Below, piece by piece: positions 63,521-64,000 of a DNA stretch of 64,000 nt. The stretch is from Bacteroidota bacterium (lineage in GTDB: Bacteria > Bacteroidota > Bacteroidia > Chitinophagales > UBA10324), in contig JAFDYS010000050.1 of assembly GCA_018267315.1 (NCBI GenBank), positions 123 to 64,122 of the forward strand, written 5' to 3'. Below the pieces are notes generated by a model, which was not told the origin of the DNA, searched no databases, and saw only the letters and a program-made list of their open reading frames with translations. How positions within the stretch are numbered: the stretch's first letter is position 1; each line of letters opens with the position of its first letter. The position numbers and the translations under genes are program-made.

Positions 63521-64000
63521 TTATTTCACCACCGAAACTGCAATTGTCTTCACCTCACTCTCCGTTTGCATTCTCAGAAAATAAATTCCTTCACTCACAA
63601 CACTCCCATTTTCATCACGCGCATCCCACGTAAGTGTGTGTGTGCCTTCGCTCATCACTTCATTAGCGAGTGTGCGAATCAATCTTCCTTGCACATCAAA
63701 AATTTTGAGAGAGACATTTTCATCTTGTGGTAACTGAAAACTGACAACTGACAACTGACTAACAGGATTTGGATAAACGTTCAACTCCGAATTCGCTTCA
63801 GTAGCAATATCCTGATTCAAAACTTTACATGGCACTTTCACCTTCACCAAGGCAGAAGTAACAGAGCAATTATTTGTATTGTCTTTTACATTCACTTTGT
63901 ACCTACCTGCAACTTTTGCAGTATAAGTTTTACCGGTAGCCCCACTGATATTGCTTCCATTCAACTTCCATTTATAAGTGAGATTACTTCCGCTGTTGGC
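63521..64000 (-). CDS. T9SS cargo protein, C-terminal part only (N-terminus outside window)
   Basis: The frame stays open to nt 64000 (..YKWKLNGSNISGATGKTYTA.. Ig-like motif). C-terminus NVYPNPVSQLSVVSFQL...GIYFLRMQTESEVKTIAVSVVK is a Por secretion tail. Confidence 0.8.
   Translation of the reverse strand, partial: ANSGSNLTYKWKLNGSNISGATGKTYTAKVAGRYKVNVKDNTNNCSVTSALVKVKVPCKVLNQDIATEANSELNVYPNPVSQLSVVSFQLPQDENVSLKIFDVQGRLIRTLANEVMSEGTHTLTWDARDENGSVVSEGIYFLRMQTESEVKTIAVSVVK

Noticed and set aside
63733-63760. Heptanucleotide tandem ACTGACA ACTGACA ACTGACT (preceded by ACTGAAA) inside the T9SS sorting domain of the last gene, as a possible slipped-strand phase-variation site.
   Set aside because: There are only about three copies, and they are imperfect. 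They encode an ordinary part of the sorting domain (SQLSVVSFQ). That is too short to argue for phase variation without population data.
1-64000. Whole-window check for mobile elements, prophage, CRISPR-Cas, restriction-modification or known anti-phage defence genes, and for rRNA/tRNA genes.
   Set aside because: No integrase, transposase, recombinase, Cas, methylase/endonuclease pair, nuclease-NTPase defence architecture, direct-repeat array or structured RNA gene was recognisable. No intergenic region exceeds about 320 nt.

Overview
This 64 kb window looks like a chromosomal segment of a Bacteroidota genome. Supporting signs are five proteins with type IX secretion (T9SS) C-terminal sorting domains, a TonB-dependent receptor, TAnnTTTG-like -7 boxes and many lipoprotein signals. 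I call about 50 tightly packed protein-coding genes on both strands. I saw no rRNA, tRNA, CRISPR array, transposase, integrase, phage gene or recognisable defence gene, and composition looks uniform by eye.

Housekeeping genes include dxs (5' end cut by the window edge), rsmI, lnt, yicC, trmB, asnB, pheT and zapA. There are also a purine nucleoside phosphorylase, a Ppx/GppA phosphatase, a RidA-family protein, an aminotransferase and an Lrp/AsnC regulator.

Three blocks stand out:
- 40.7-54.3 kb: a terminator-bounded pair of divergent operons. It encodes three CRTAC1-like FG-GAP/VCBS + UnbV/ASPIC envelope proteins, an alginate-export-like beta-barrel, a vanadium-haloperoxidase/PAP2-like lipoprotein and a small secreted orphan. 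No function is known for such a combination.
- 20.4-24.3 kb: a five-gene cluster. It combines a ferric-reductase-like six-TM protein fused to a Rieske domain, a soluble Rieske-flavoprotein fusion and three small membrane-anchored orphans. I read it as a putative transmembrane electron conduit.
- 29.6-37.2 kb: a partial exopolysaccharide module (AsnB-type amidotransferase, GT4, Wza-like, Wzc-like, WecA-like). The Wzc-like kinase ends in an unusually regular (Tyr-Gly)n tail encoded by a hexanucleotide tandem repeat.

Smaller oddities:
- an alkyltransferase-like (Cys to Ala) MGMT homologue
- a 3-hydroxyacyl-CoA dehydrogenase homologue with degenerate cofactor and catalytic motifs
- an amidohydrolase lacking the HxH motif
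- an Omp85 barrel with no POTRA repeats recognised by eye
- tandem T9SS cargo paralogues
- a REP-like palindromic intergenic element

All functional calls rest on motif recognition by eye from the supplied translations. No database search was run.
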